A stretch of 64,000 nt of DNA from an uncultured bacterium (lineage in GTDB: Bacteria > Zixibacteria > MSB-5A5 > GN15 > FEB-12): assembly GCA_965603125.1 (NCBI GenBank), contig CBFDBU010000008.1, positions 30,929 through 94,928 on the forward strand. The letters are read 5' to 3'. The position numbers and the translations under genes were made by a program. A model generated the notes under the pieces. The model saw only the letters and a list, made by a program, of their open reading frames with translations. It was not told the origin of the DNA and made no database searches. Shown one piece after another: positions 27,506 through 36,206 of the stretch; positions within the stretch are counted from its first letter, which is position 1, and the number at the start of each line of letters is the position of its first letter.

Positions 27506-30115
27506 CTACATGATAACGGCTAACTTGCCCATCTGCACTGCACCGCCCGGCATCTCCACCGTCCAGTAATACAAACCCGAAACCAGCATCTGCGTGTTCC
27601 GCGTGATCAGGTTCCACGTGTGATGATTGCTGGCGCCGTCCGACGGGTCGACGTCATGCTTCAGCTCCCGCACCAGATCACCATCCAAACTGTATATCCG
27701 AATCGTGCACCTGGGCGGCAGGTTGGCGAAGTGAATCGCCCGCACCCGGTAGTCCGGGCGATCAAGCTCGGTGCGACCCTCGAATCCACGCTCCCGATAA
27801 TCACCGTCGATTCGGTACGGGTTGGGGTAAACGTAGATTCGATCATCGGTCCCGTCCGCCATCCCTCCCGAACCGTACGGATAGGCGCATTGCGCACCCG
27901 CCGTCACCGAGGTTTCTAAAGCCTCAAGGTCTGACTTCGGCGAACCATAATCAAATGCCGTCACGTTCACCCAGTAGGGCACCGTCGGCAGTAAACCCTC
28001 TATCACGTACTCGTACTCGTAGTACTTGAAGTAACCATCCTCGGTGTAACGATCCGGGGTCAACGAATCCGGCGGCAGAGTCGAAGGGTCCGGCTCGTCG
28101 GGGTAAACCTTCCGGATCGGCGTAGTCACACCGGGAATACAGGCATTGTGATCGTGCCACTCGAAATAGAAGAGCGAATCGGGATACTCAGGATGCACAT
28201 AGTATGAACCGGGCATGTAGTCCAGCGGGTCGAAGCCGTCGTCCCGGCAGGGATCATCACCGGACCCGTAGAGACAGCGCAGGCTGTCCAGCGTGAACGG
28301 GATATCTCGCAGTTCCCAGCGCGGCTCGGGATAACGGCTGCCGTTCCATGTATATTTGTCATAGTTATCGCGGTCGTACGAAGCCACCAGCGAGTAGCTG
28401 TTGCGGCGATCATCGCGGCCGAGATACACCCGGTACCCCTCGAAATCATATTCGTGCGAGAAAACGTCCTTCTCCGTCTCCGAACGGTGGCCGTTGAAAC
28501 GAATCTTCAGACCGTCGACAATCGGAGTTACCCAGAAATCGGGCGCCGGCGGTGGTGATGCCCCTCGAAAGTCCGGCACGCCGTCACCCCAGTACCAGGT
28601 TGTCTCGGCCGCCGTGATCACCCAGCCCGTGTCGGTCGCCACGGAATCATACACGCACACCCGATACTCCCCCGGGTATCCGTCACCGTCAGTGTCGACA
28701 CCGGGATTGTCGTAGATCCACCGCGCCCAGATGGCGTTTTTGACCAGATCGGAGAAGTCCAGGTGGGTATAGAATGCCGCCGGGTCGCGCGGCAGATGCT
28801 GCAGGTTGTCGGGGTCGGTGTGGAGGTTCTCCCCAGCCACGTAAGCGAACGTCAACGACAGCGCCTGACCGGGATAGAGGGTGAAGGCGCCGTACGACAG
28901 CAGGTAGCGCGTGTCGGAGCCGTCGGCGAAATCCTCCGCCAGGTCCTGGTCGGGATACAGCCAGGTCGTGTCATACGGCGTGATGCTGGACGTGAAGGCC
29001 TGGTCGTAATCGAACTCGTAATTGCTCATCTGGTAGTATTTGTTGACGTCACCCTCGGGAGTGCCCAGTCCGCCGGTACCAAAATCTCGGAAGTCGGCCC
29101 TGTGCCGGGGGCCGAAATCGTAGACAGGATCCTGATTGCAGATCCACCAGTTGAACGACAGGTCCAGATTCTCCGATGGCGGCTCAAGGATGCAGATACC
29201 GGTAACGTGTCGTTTGGAGACCATGCGATCGAGGCCCCTCCAGATTACGGTCTCCTGGAAACGGCCGTCTATTGGATCGCCATCGTTGTCTGCTGTCCAG
29301 GCGATTTGCACCGTGTCGACAAATCCACAACCGAACGGCGACTTCAGAGCTTTCAGAAAACCGCACAGGTCGTCGTATGGTCCCGCACCCAACCCTCCCC
29401 ATACATCGGCGTCCACATAGAGCCCGATATACAAACGTTTTAGTAGCTCGGCTCCGATATTCTTGACAGACAGATCGAAGATAACGAAATCCTCGGCATA
29501 GCTGTACGACCACGCGTAAGTGTTCTGGGTGATCTCAACGTTCAGCGGGATGTGTGGACGGTGGGCCATGACATCATACGAAAGGTAGGGATTGGCGTCG
29601 GTCATCGTGTCGGTGAAGACACATAGGTAGTCCTGCTCCGAAACAGCCCCGTCGTAGTGTGGTGATTCCGGATCCACAATTGACCGGTACCTGATCTCAC
29701 CAAACGGATGGACATCGGGCGCCATCTCCTGAGACGGCCAGTGCCAACCGTCGGTGCCCGTGGAAACGAGGGTATCCCGGCCCACTACGGCACCCACCCA
29801 CAGGCTCGCGTCGAAAAGATACTCGCCCAGCATGCCCTTCGGAAACCGGCAACGGAACCTAATCTTCTCCCCCGTGAAGCAGTCAACATTTCCTGAATCT
29901 GCTAACCCTAGCCCAATGCAACCCTGATTCTGGATAACCAGTTCAATTTCGCCGACGTTGTGAATGGTGGCCTGGTAGGCAGGTTCTGCTGAGACGGCAC
30001 TGTGACTGACACTCGACCGTGCCTGCTGATAAGCAAGTCGACCCAGGACTCGGACCGGCGCTGCGACGCAAAGCAACCCGATGGCAATGACGCCAATGCT
30101 CTTGCGTGACAACAT
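27506..30115 (-). CDS. large secreted protein of unknown function, paralogue B
   Basis: Same architecture as A. The N-terminal ~330 aa is visibly divergent and the C-terminal ~540 aa is nearly identical. The start is ATG 30115. Confidence 0.85.
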   Translation of the reverse strand: MLSRKSIGVIAIGLLCVAAPVRVLGRLAYQQARSSVSHSAVSAEPAYQATIHNVGEIELVIQNQGCIGLGLADSGNVDCFTGEKIRFRCRFPKGMLGEYLFDASLWVGAVVGRDTLVSTGTDGWHWPSQEMAPDVHPFGEIRYRSIVDPESPHYDGAVSEQDYLCVFTDTMTDANPYLSYDVMAHRPHIPLNVEITQNTYAWSYSYAEDFVIFDLSVKNIGAELLKRLYIGLYVDADVWGGLGAGPYDDLCGFLKALKSPFGCGFVDTVQIAWTADNDGDPIDGRFQETVIWRGLDRMVSKRHVTGICILEPPSENLDLSFNWWICNQDPVYDFGPRHRADFRDFGTGGLGTPEGDVNKYYQMSNYEFDYDQAFTSSITPYDTTWLYPDQDLAEDFADGSDTRYLLSYGAFTLYPGQALSLTFAYVAGENLHTDPDNLQHLPRDPAAFYTHLDFSDLVKNAIWARWIYDNPGVDTDGDGYPGEYRVCVYDSVATDTGWVITAAETTWYWGDGVPDFRGASPPPAPDFWVTPIVDGLKIRFNGHRSETEKDVFSHEYDFEGYRVYLGRDDRRNSYSLVASYDRDNYDKYTWNGSRYPEPRWELRDIPFTLDSLRCLYGSGDDPCRDDGFDPLDYMPGSYYVHPEYPDSLFYFEWHDHNACIPGVTTPIRKVYPDEPDPSTLPPDSLTPDRYTEDGYFKYYEYEYVIEGLLPTVPYWVNVTAFDYGSPKSDLEALETSVTAGAQCAYPYGSGGMADGTDDRIYVYPNPYRIDGDYRERGFEGRTELDRPDYRVRAIHFANLPPRCTIRIYSLDGDLVRELKHDVDPSDGASNHHTWNLITRNTQMLVSGLYYWTVEMPGGAVQMGKLAVIM

Positions 30116-30389
30116 GACAAGCACCTCGATCACACTGCGGGGTCCGGTGTCGGGTGCCTCTCGCTCAGCAACGAGAAAGGGCAGGTGCCAAACTGACACA
30201 ATAGCGATGTCACCGTGCGAACGATACCCGTAGTCGGCAGGCCGGCTGCCCCCGATTACAATACCACACTACAAGTTTACAGCAATAGCATATTATAATC
30301 AAGCGGAAAATGCGGCTTCCTTTGTCTCCCGACAAAGTGCGCAGGGCAGGGCAAGTTCAGTCTCGACCGACTTTTTGTTTGTGCGCGGA

Positions 30390-30405
30390 AGACGCCCTCG
30401 TCTGC
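30390..30405. repeat. GCAGAC-type hairpin family member (core AGACGCCCTCGTCTGC)
   Basis: The 16-nt core is identical to 56602..56617. A second member, GGGGCAGTCCGGTAGGTCTGCC, lies at 30540..30561. Confidence 0.6.
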
Positions 30406-30576
30406 CCCTTGATAGATGTGTGACCCAAGTCATCCCAAGGTATCTAAACAAGGAAGAATTCCACCTGCGACGCCGCTTTAGGTGCAGTACCAATATGTCA
30501 AAACCGCAGATGTCTCAACCTACAACCGTAGTAAAAGTAGGGGCAGTCCGGTAGGTCTGCCACCCACGAAGCGGCG

Positions 30577-31779
30577 CTACATGATAACGGCTAACTTGCC
30601 CATCTGCACCGCTCCGCCCGGCATCTGCACCGTCCAGTAGTACAAACCCGAAACCAGCATCTGCGTGTTCCGGGTGATCAGGTTCCACGTGTGATGATTG
30701 CTGGCGCCGTCCGACGGGTCGACGTCATGCTTCAGCTCCCGCACCAGATCACCATCCAGGCTGTATATCCGAATCGTGCACCTGGGCGGCAGGTTGGCGA
30801 CCCAGACCAGGGCCATCTTGCCGTCGGTCATGGAGCTGGCGATGTCCTGCGAGAGATCATAAACGGTATCGACCACATAAGGCGGATAATCCCAGGCGCC
30901 ATCCGGGCCAACTCCCTCCTTGCGGAAATAGTAAATCGCCTGCGGGTCAGCAGCGTTAGGATTGGCTTGCTGCCCGATAACATGCGTCACCGGAATCTGC
31001 CCGGGCACATCGTGATACCGCATGGCCGGCCAGATTGCTACCTGCCCGGCCGATGCCCCATACTCCTGCACACTGTCAGGCACACGCGAGGTCAAGGCAA
31101 AATCGCCCCACATCGGTCCGGAATCGTAGGCCACCTGGCAGGAATAGCCTGTGCCTTGATTGTTGTGGCCTACGGTGACGGCGCAATTTGCGACGTAACT
31201 AGTATCAAGTCCGCCCTGACCGTCATCCTCGGTCCGCAGCACCTGGGTTACATCAAGACCACCGTAGCCACTATATTCACCCGGAGGTTGAACGGACACA
31301 CCGACGCCGGGTTGAAGCTGGGTGCCGGTCATACCCATGTAACAATTATAGTACGTGTGACGATCTACTAGAACCATACTCGGCAAATGCATATAGGTGA
31401 AGTGAACCCCGAACCCATAAGCCTTGCCGTCACCCAGGTCAGGACCCCAGCCCCAATTGACCATGCGGCGCATCGAGCCGTTACGCTGCTTGTCGTACCA
31501 GGTCTCACCAACCTTCACACCCGGCGACACGCCGAGCTTCTCAGTCCCGCCCAGGGACTGAGTCGGCACGACCCTGCCGGTCGAAACGGAGAAATCTTGC
31601 TCATCAGGGAAAGAGTACATCTCCACCCTGTTGATAAGAGGATTGAGCACCTTTCGTTTCTCAACCGGTTTCTCGGAAGCGCCCGCCTGCGTCGTCAGGA
31701 AGGCCACCACCAGTAAGGAGAGCACCAGCGCTATTGAAGTTCTCCTTGCCGTACAATTGCTCCTTTCAAGATATTTCAT
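30577..31779 (-). CDS. secreted protein, unrelated N-terminal body fused to the same C-terminal sorting cassette
   Basis: Signal peptide MKYLERSNCTARRTSIALVLSLLVVAFLTTQAGA. The last 224 nt (30577-30800) differ from paralogue B (27506-27729) at only 7 positions, then similarity stops abruptly. The start is ATG 31779 or TTG 31788. Confidence 0.8.
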   Translation of the reverse strand: MKYLERSNCTARRTSIALVLSLLVVAFLTTQAGASEKPVEKRKVLNPLINRVEMYSFPDEQDFSVSTGRVVPTQSLGGTEKLGVSPGVKVGETWYDKQRNGSMRRMVNWGWGPDLGDGKAYGFGVHFTYMHLPSMVLVDRHTYYNCYMGMTGTQLQPGVGVSVQPPGEYSGYGGLDVTQVLRTEDDGQGGLDTSYVANCAVTVGHNNQGTGYSCQVAYDSGPMWGDFALTSRVPDSVQEYGASAGQVAIWPAMRYHDVPGQIPVTHVIGQQANPNAADPQAIYYFRKEGVGPDGAWDYPPYVVDTVYDLSQDIASSMTDGKMALVWVANLPPRCTIRIYSLDGDLVRELKHDVDPSDGASNHHTWNLITRNTQMLVSGLYYWTVQMPGGAVQMGKLAVIM

Positions 31780-31832
31780 AACTCTCAACCTTCTCCTGTA
31801 GTTTCATGCTTGAAACGCATACCCGTGATCCC

Positions 31833-32007
31833 TCAACAGTATTTCGCCGTCACTTCGGTATAGATTTCCGGCGCCACTAAGACTGTGTCGCCCACCCCTG
31901 CCGCATCAATCCCCGCCTGAATCGTCGGCTGATCTACAGGTGCGTGAATCGTGGCTACAGACCCAGCCGCACAACATCCCTTCAATGACAAGAACTGAAC
32001 TCTTCAT
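31833..32007 (-). pseudogene. frameshifted N-terminal fragment of a secreted beta-helix-type protein
   Basis: ATG 32007 gives MKSSVLVIEGMLCGWVCSHD. The next frame reads TIHAPVDQPTIQAGIDAAGVGDTVLVAPEIYTEV then stop. The IxVPxDxPTIQxAIDxAxxGDTVLVAPGxY pattern is typical of the start of right-handed beta-helix surface proteins. Confidence 0.35.
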
Positions 32008-32505
32008 AGAACCCCTACATTAGTGGCTGGCCCTTTCGACCAAATGTAGCCCAAAAGGGCCAGGTTGTCAAGGTAATCCGCACTTGTCCCTACCGCTATG
32101 AGCTACCCGTGACCACAAGAATTCCGCCGACTGCCTTCAATTGCCACAACGGTGTTCCAGTAGTCCCGGCAGTAAACTACTCCACTAACGCAAACCTGTC
32201 ACCAACGCGGTCAGTATGTCCAGCCGCACATTTGTCTCGCGTCTTCTGCACAGTCCGCCGGGCTGTCAGCCACCGGCGGAGTCTGCGATTTCGGCTGCAA
32301 GTTCCAACTGGGCCACGCTCCCCCCTTTTACAGTTGATCGAGAAGGAGTCAATACTCACACTCTGACTGGAGTGAAAAACAGGGGCAGACCACGATGCCC
32401 ACGTGAACGAACCCACAGTGTACGGAGAGACTGCTGATAGCCACGCGGTGGTTGCACAACAAGTTACAGGGAAAGCAAGCCGCAGATCATTGGCTTATAT
32501 GGAAA

Positions 32506-32589
32506 TGCCGAAGGGGGGACTCGAAGCCCCACTCCCTTGCGAGAACTGCGCCCTGAACGCAGCGTGTCTACCGATTTCACCACTTCGAC
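32506..32589 (-). tRNA. tRNA-Leu (anticodon CAG), class II with long variable arm, CCA not encoded
   Basis: The reverse complement reads GTCGAAG TG GTGAAATCGGTAGACAC G CTGCG TTCAGGG CGCAG TTCTCGCAAGGGAG T GGGGC TTCGAGT CCCCC CTTCGGC A. The acceptor has 7 bp with one G.U. It is closely parallel to E. coli tRNA-Leu(CAG). One oddity is C at position 53, giving a C.C instead of the G53-C61 pair. Confidence 0.8.
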
Positions 32590-32655
32590 ATCCGGTGTCT
32601 CACAAGCACCTCGAGCGACGAATCGTTTTGGTGATATCTCCTTGGTGTCCGAATA

Positions 32656-32925
32656 TTGTCCATCAATAAGCTCCGATGACTCAATCGCCTTACGCTTGTG
32701 CGACGTACTAAGAGGGGAATATCGCAGCGTCTTGTCAATGCTTTTGTGCCCCAATAACTCCTTTACAGTCAGTAAGTCCAGATCGTTCATCACCAGGTGA
32801 GACGCAAAAGTGTGACGAAGATCATGGAACCTAAACCGAGCAATCCTGGCCCGCTTGAGGGCGTTGGCGAAGGCTGTACTGAGGTCTCTCCGTTTGTCGC
32901 CGCTGTGCTTGGCAAAGGCGAAGGG
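32656..32925 (-). pseudogene. tyrosine recombinase (phage integrase family) C-terminal fragment
   Basis: FRFHDLRHTFASHLVMNDLDLLTVKELLGHKSIDKTLRYSPLS covers the R-H-x-x-R...Y catalytic end. The frame opens just after a stop at about 32926. There is no N-terminal two-thirds. The open frame continues through the tRNA to 32464. Confidence 0.75.
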
Positions 32926-32930
32926 TCCTC

Positions 32931-33296
32931 AAGACGATCTATTCAGCGCCGAACGTGGACGCCGCCGAAGAAGCTCTGGCTGCCTTCGAAGCCAGGTATC
33001 AGGACCGCTTCCCCCGGATCGCCCGCTCGTGGCGTTGTTGCTGGATGAACATCATTCCGTTTTTTAGCTACCCGCCGGAGATTCGGAAGGTTATCTATAC
33101 CACCAACGCCATTGAATCGATGCAGGCACAACTTAGAAAGGTGATTCGGAATCGCGGCTCGTTTCCTACGGCCGACTCGGTCAGGAAGGTGATCTACTTG
33201 GCATTCCAGAGAATCTCGCAGAAATGGAAGCGGCCCATCAAGGATTGGGTCGCAGCCCTGAACCACTTCAGCATTATGTTCGAGGGAAGGATCTGA
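32931..33296 (+). mobile_element. IS256-family transposase, C-terminal ~120 aa only (remnant)
   Basis: KTIYSAPNVDAAEEALAAFEARYQDRFPRIARSWRCCWMNIIPFFSYPPEIRKVIYTTNAIESMQAQLRKVIRNRGSFP...ALNHFSIMFEGRI matches the conserved Transposase_mut C-terminus. It abuts the integrase fragment head-to-head at about 32926-32931. Confidence 0.8.
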
Positions 33297-33416
33297 CAAT
33301 CGTGAACCGGTCGCTTACACAAAATTCCGGACACTCTCCCTTTCATAAGTGCGGTTTCGACAACCACGTTCCGCCAAAAGCACAGGGCTTTTGATCTACC
33401 TGCTCATTCGGCAGGA

Positions 33417-36041
33417 CTACATTATTATCACGAACTTGCCCATCTGAATGCGGCCGCTCTCATGGTCCTCGACGCTCCAGTAGTACAATCCCGAAACGAC
33501 CGTCTGCGTGTTGCGGGTAATCAGGTTCCATTGTGCCTGGGTGGCCGTTCCATCGCGGGGTTGTTTGTCGTTCTCGATTTCGCGTACCAGGTCGCCGTCG
33601 ATCGTGTATATGCGTATGGTGCACCGGGGCGGCACGTTTGCGAAATGGATGGCGCGGACCCTGTCGGGGGGGCGGACTATTTCCGTCCGGCCTTCCAGGC
33701 CGCGCTCGCGATACTCGCCGTCTCCGCGGTAAGGGTTGGGATACACGAATACGTCGAGGTTGTCACGTTGCACTTCATCCCAGGGGCTGAGCGCGTAGAC
33801 ATTCTGCATACCAAGCGTGACCGATGATTCCAGGGATTCCAGCCCGGACTCAGGGGAGCCGTAGTCGAAAGCTGTCACATTGACCCAGTAGGGGACGGTA
33901 GGTAGCAGATCGGCAATGGTGAATTCGTACTCGAAGTACTTCAGGTGGCCGTCCTCGGTCAGTTCCTCGGGCCGGGCCGAATCCGGGCAGAGGCTGGTGG
34001 GGTAGGGCTGACCCCGGTAGATCTTGCGAATGGGGGTGGTGACGCCGAACACCGACGCGTTGAAATCCTGTGCAGCGAAGTAAAACTGGGAATCGGGATA
34101 GAGCGGGTGTTCGTAGGGCCGATTTCTCGTGAAATCCAACGGCTGAAAACTCCCGTCGTTACAGGACTCGCCGTAGAGGCACCTGAGTTCCTCAAGAGTG
34201 AACGGTGTCTCCTGCAGTTCATACTCGATTCGCCTATCATTCCAGACGAACTTGTTGTAGTCCTCACGGTCGTAGGAAGCCACCAGGGTGAAGCTGGAGG
34301 CCCGATCGTCGCGGGCCAGGTACACCCGATATCCTTCAAAGTCGAACTCCCGCGAGAAGACGTCTCGCGTGGTCTCGGAGCGCAGCCCGTTGAACCGTAT
34401 CGTCAGACTTCCAACCCTCCGGTCGATCCAGAAGTCGGGAGGCGGCGGGGGGGAGGCTCCCCGAAAATCCGGTACGCCGTCGCCCTCGTAGTAGAATGTG
34501 TCGCAGACAGTGTAGTTCCAGCCGGTGTCAACCTGCAGCGGGGACTCAGAGAGGGTGTCCAGGATGATCAATGAATCGGTGCAACAGATTCTCATTTTCC
34601 CGTAATACCCGTTGCCATCGGTGTCGACGCCGGGGTTGTCGTATATCCACGAGGCCCACTGGCTGTTCGCGGCCAGGTCGGTGAAATCCACATTCCGGTA
34701 GTACTCATCAGGGTCACCTGGGAGGTTGGAGACGTTGTCGTTGTCTCCGTGAAAGTCTTCGCCTCCCACATACGCAAATGACACCGGCAGGGTCTGCTCC
34801 GGACGGATGTGGAAGGGGCCGAAAGATATCAAATACCTGGTATCGAAACCATCAGCGAAATCGTCGGCCAGTTCCTGGTTCGGATACTGCCACAGGGTAT
34901 CGCCGGGCTGGATGACGGCGGTGCGTATCTGGTCGTAGTCGAATTCCTGATTGCGCATGACGTAGTACTTGTTGACATCACCTTCCGGGGTGCCCAGGCC
35001 GCCGGTGCCGAAATCACGGAAGTTCTCGCCCCGTCGCCCCATGAAAGGTCTTTCACGGGGGCCGAAACACAGTGAGGGGTTCATGTTGCCGATCCACCAG
35101 TTGAAACTGACGTCCAGCGAATCCGAGGGTGTGCGCACAATCCGGGTGGCGGTCACGGCCGGACAGGGATGAAACTGACCGTCATTGTGTATCCGATTGA
35201 AGTCGCCGTCATTATCCGCTATCCAGGCAGTGAAGACAGTATCCACATAATCGCAGGCGCCGTACCGGGACGGGTGGCGGTAAAGGAATCCGCAGATATC
35301 GTCGGCAAAGCCCCGGGAGTTGACGCAGTCGAAGCAGACATCGGCATCGACATATATCCCCATGTAGACATCGTTCAGATTCCGGGAACCGATGTTCCTT
35401 ATCTTGTAATCGAACAGAACGAAATCCTCCGCATACGAGTACGACCAGGCGTAGGAGGCCTGCGTTATCTCGATGTTCAGGGGCATGTGGGGTCTGCCGA
35501 AAGCGTCCGCCAAAACTCCCTCGGTTAGGGTATCCATGTAGACGGCGATGTAGTCTTCTTCCGAAATGGCGCCGTTAAACTCCGGCTTGGTGGGATCGGT
35601 AATGGAGCGGTACACGATCTCCCCGAAGGGCTCCTCGTCCGGGTACATCTCGGCTCCACCGCCCCACCCGTCTGCGCCCACGGAGACAAGGGTGTCGCGT
35701 CCGATCACGGCGCCGATCCAGAAGGCAGCGCCGTACAGATACTCCATGTCGGAGTTCTTCGGGTATTCGCAGGACGGCACTTGTTCGCCGGTAAACCAGT
35801 CAAATCTCGGGCCGGGGTGATAATTGTTGCCGAAAGTCCCATTGTTGGCAACACCCAACTCGATTTGCCCTACGCGGTGGGCCACCAGGCAATGAACGGG
35901 AGAGGCGGCCGCCTGGCCCGTTCGAGCAGACCTGACCTGGTCGGCACCCGGGGCGATTCTGGCTGAGACGGCGGTGGCAAGGACCAGGCTGCCTGCCGCC
36001 GCGGCGACGATCCGGATCGTCCTGTTGTTCAGTGTAAACAT
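33417..36041 (-). CDS. large secreted protein of unknown function, divergent paralogue D of A/B
   Basis: Signal peptide MFTLNNRTIRIVAAAAGSLVLATAVSA. It is collinear with A/B (AAFWIGAVIGRDTLVS, PLNIEITQASYAWSYSYAEDFVLFDY, FGTGGLGTPEGDVNKYY, NPGVDTDGNGY, VPDFRGASPPPPPDFW, PTVPYWVNVTAFDYGSPES, CTIRIYTIDGDLVREI). Confidence 0.85.
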   Translation of the reverse strand: MFTLNNRTIRIVAAAAGSLVLATAVSARIAPGADQVRSARTGQAAASPVHCLVAHRVGQIELGVANNGTFGNNYHPGPRFDWFTGEQVPSCEYPKNSDMEYLYGAAFWIGAVIGRDTLVSVGADGWGGGAEMYPDEEPFGEIVYRSITDPTKPEFNGAISEEDYIAVYMDTLTEGVLADAFGRPHMPLNIEITQASYAWSYSYAEDFVLFDYKIRNIGSRNLNDVYMGIYVDADVCFDCVNSRGFADDICGFLYRHPSRYGACDYVDTVFTAWIADNDGDFNRIHNDGQFHPCPAVTATRIVRTPSDSLDVSFNWWIGNMNPSLCFGPRERPFMGRRGENFRDFGTGGLGTPEGDVNKYYVMRNQEFDYDQIRTAVIQPGDTLWQYPNQELADDFADGFDTRYLISFGPFHIRPEQTLPVSFAYVGGEDFHGDNDNVSNLPGDPDEYYRNVDFTDLAANSQWASWIYDNPGVDTDGNGYYGKMRICCTDSLIILDTLSESPLQVDTGWNYTVCDTFYYEGDGVPDFRGASPPPPPDFWIDRRVGSLTIRFNGLRSETTRDVFSREFDFEGYRVYLARDDRASSFTLVASYDREDYNKFVWNDRRIEYELQETPFTLEELRCLYGESCNDGSFQPLDFTRNRPYEHPLYPDSQFYFAAQDFNASVFGVTTPIRKIYRGQPYPTSLCPDSARPEELTEDGHLKYFEYEFTIADLLPTVPYWVNVTAFDYGSPESGLESLESSVTLGMQNVYALSPWDEVQRDNLDVFVYPNPYRGDGEYRERGLEGRTEIVRPPDRVRAIHFANVPPRCTIRIYTIDGDLVREIENDKQPRDGTATQAQWNLITRNTQTVVSGLYYWSVEDHESGRIQMGKFVIIM

Positions 36042-36206
36042 AGGCGCGGTATCCGCTTTTTACGCGTTCCTCAGCTTTTCATTAGGACGTAGACAGGTCG
36101 CAAACGTTGTATGGTTCCTCAGGAAGTTGTTGAGGGAGTGTTTCGTCATCCCGTTAGGTCGGGATCGCTTCAGGAGACCGTCTGCCGCTTGTGGGCCGAC
36201 CCCCGC

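Larger units (their letters stand above)
24149..30340 (-). repeat. tandem duplication, unit ~2.92-2.93 kb (leader + CDS), two full units plus partial third
   Basis: Stops at 24578 and 27506 are 2928 bp apart. 24885-25335 is identical to 27813-28263 (451 nt, checked line by line). Leaders 24266-24577, 27194-27505 and 30116-~30340 are homologous. Confidence 0.95.

Noticed and set aside
24149-30340. Possibility that the repeats are a CRISPR array or a diversity-generating retroelement target
   Set aside because: The repeat period is ~2.9 kb of coding sequence, not 25-40-bp repeats with spacers. No reverse transcriptase gene or template repeat is present, and the A/B differences are not restricted to adenine positions.
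32100-32460. Several 70-90-aa ORFs on both strands downstream of the tRNA
   Set aside because: They have no RBS, no motif and mutually overlapping frames. The region is most likely non-coding remnant sequence.
32464-32655. C-terminal ~65 codons of track ORF 32464..32793
   Set aside because: Integrase homology ends near 32656. The rest of the open frame is read-through across the tRNA-Leu gene and is not coding.
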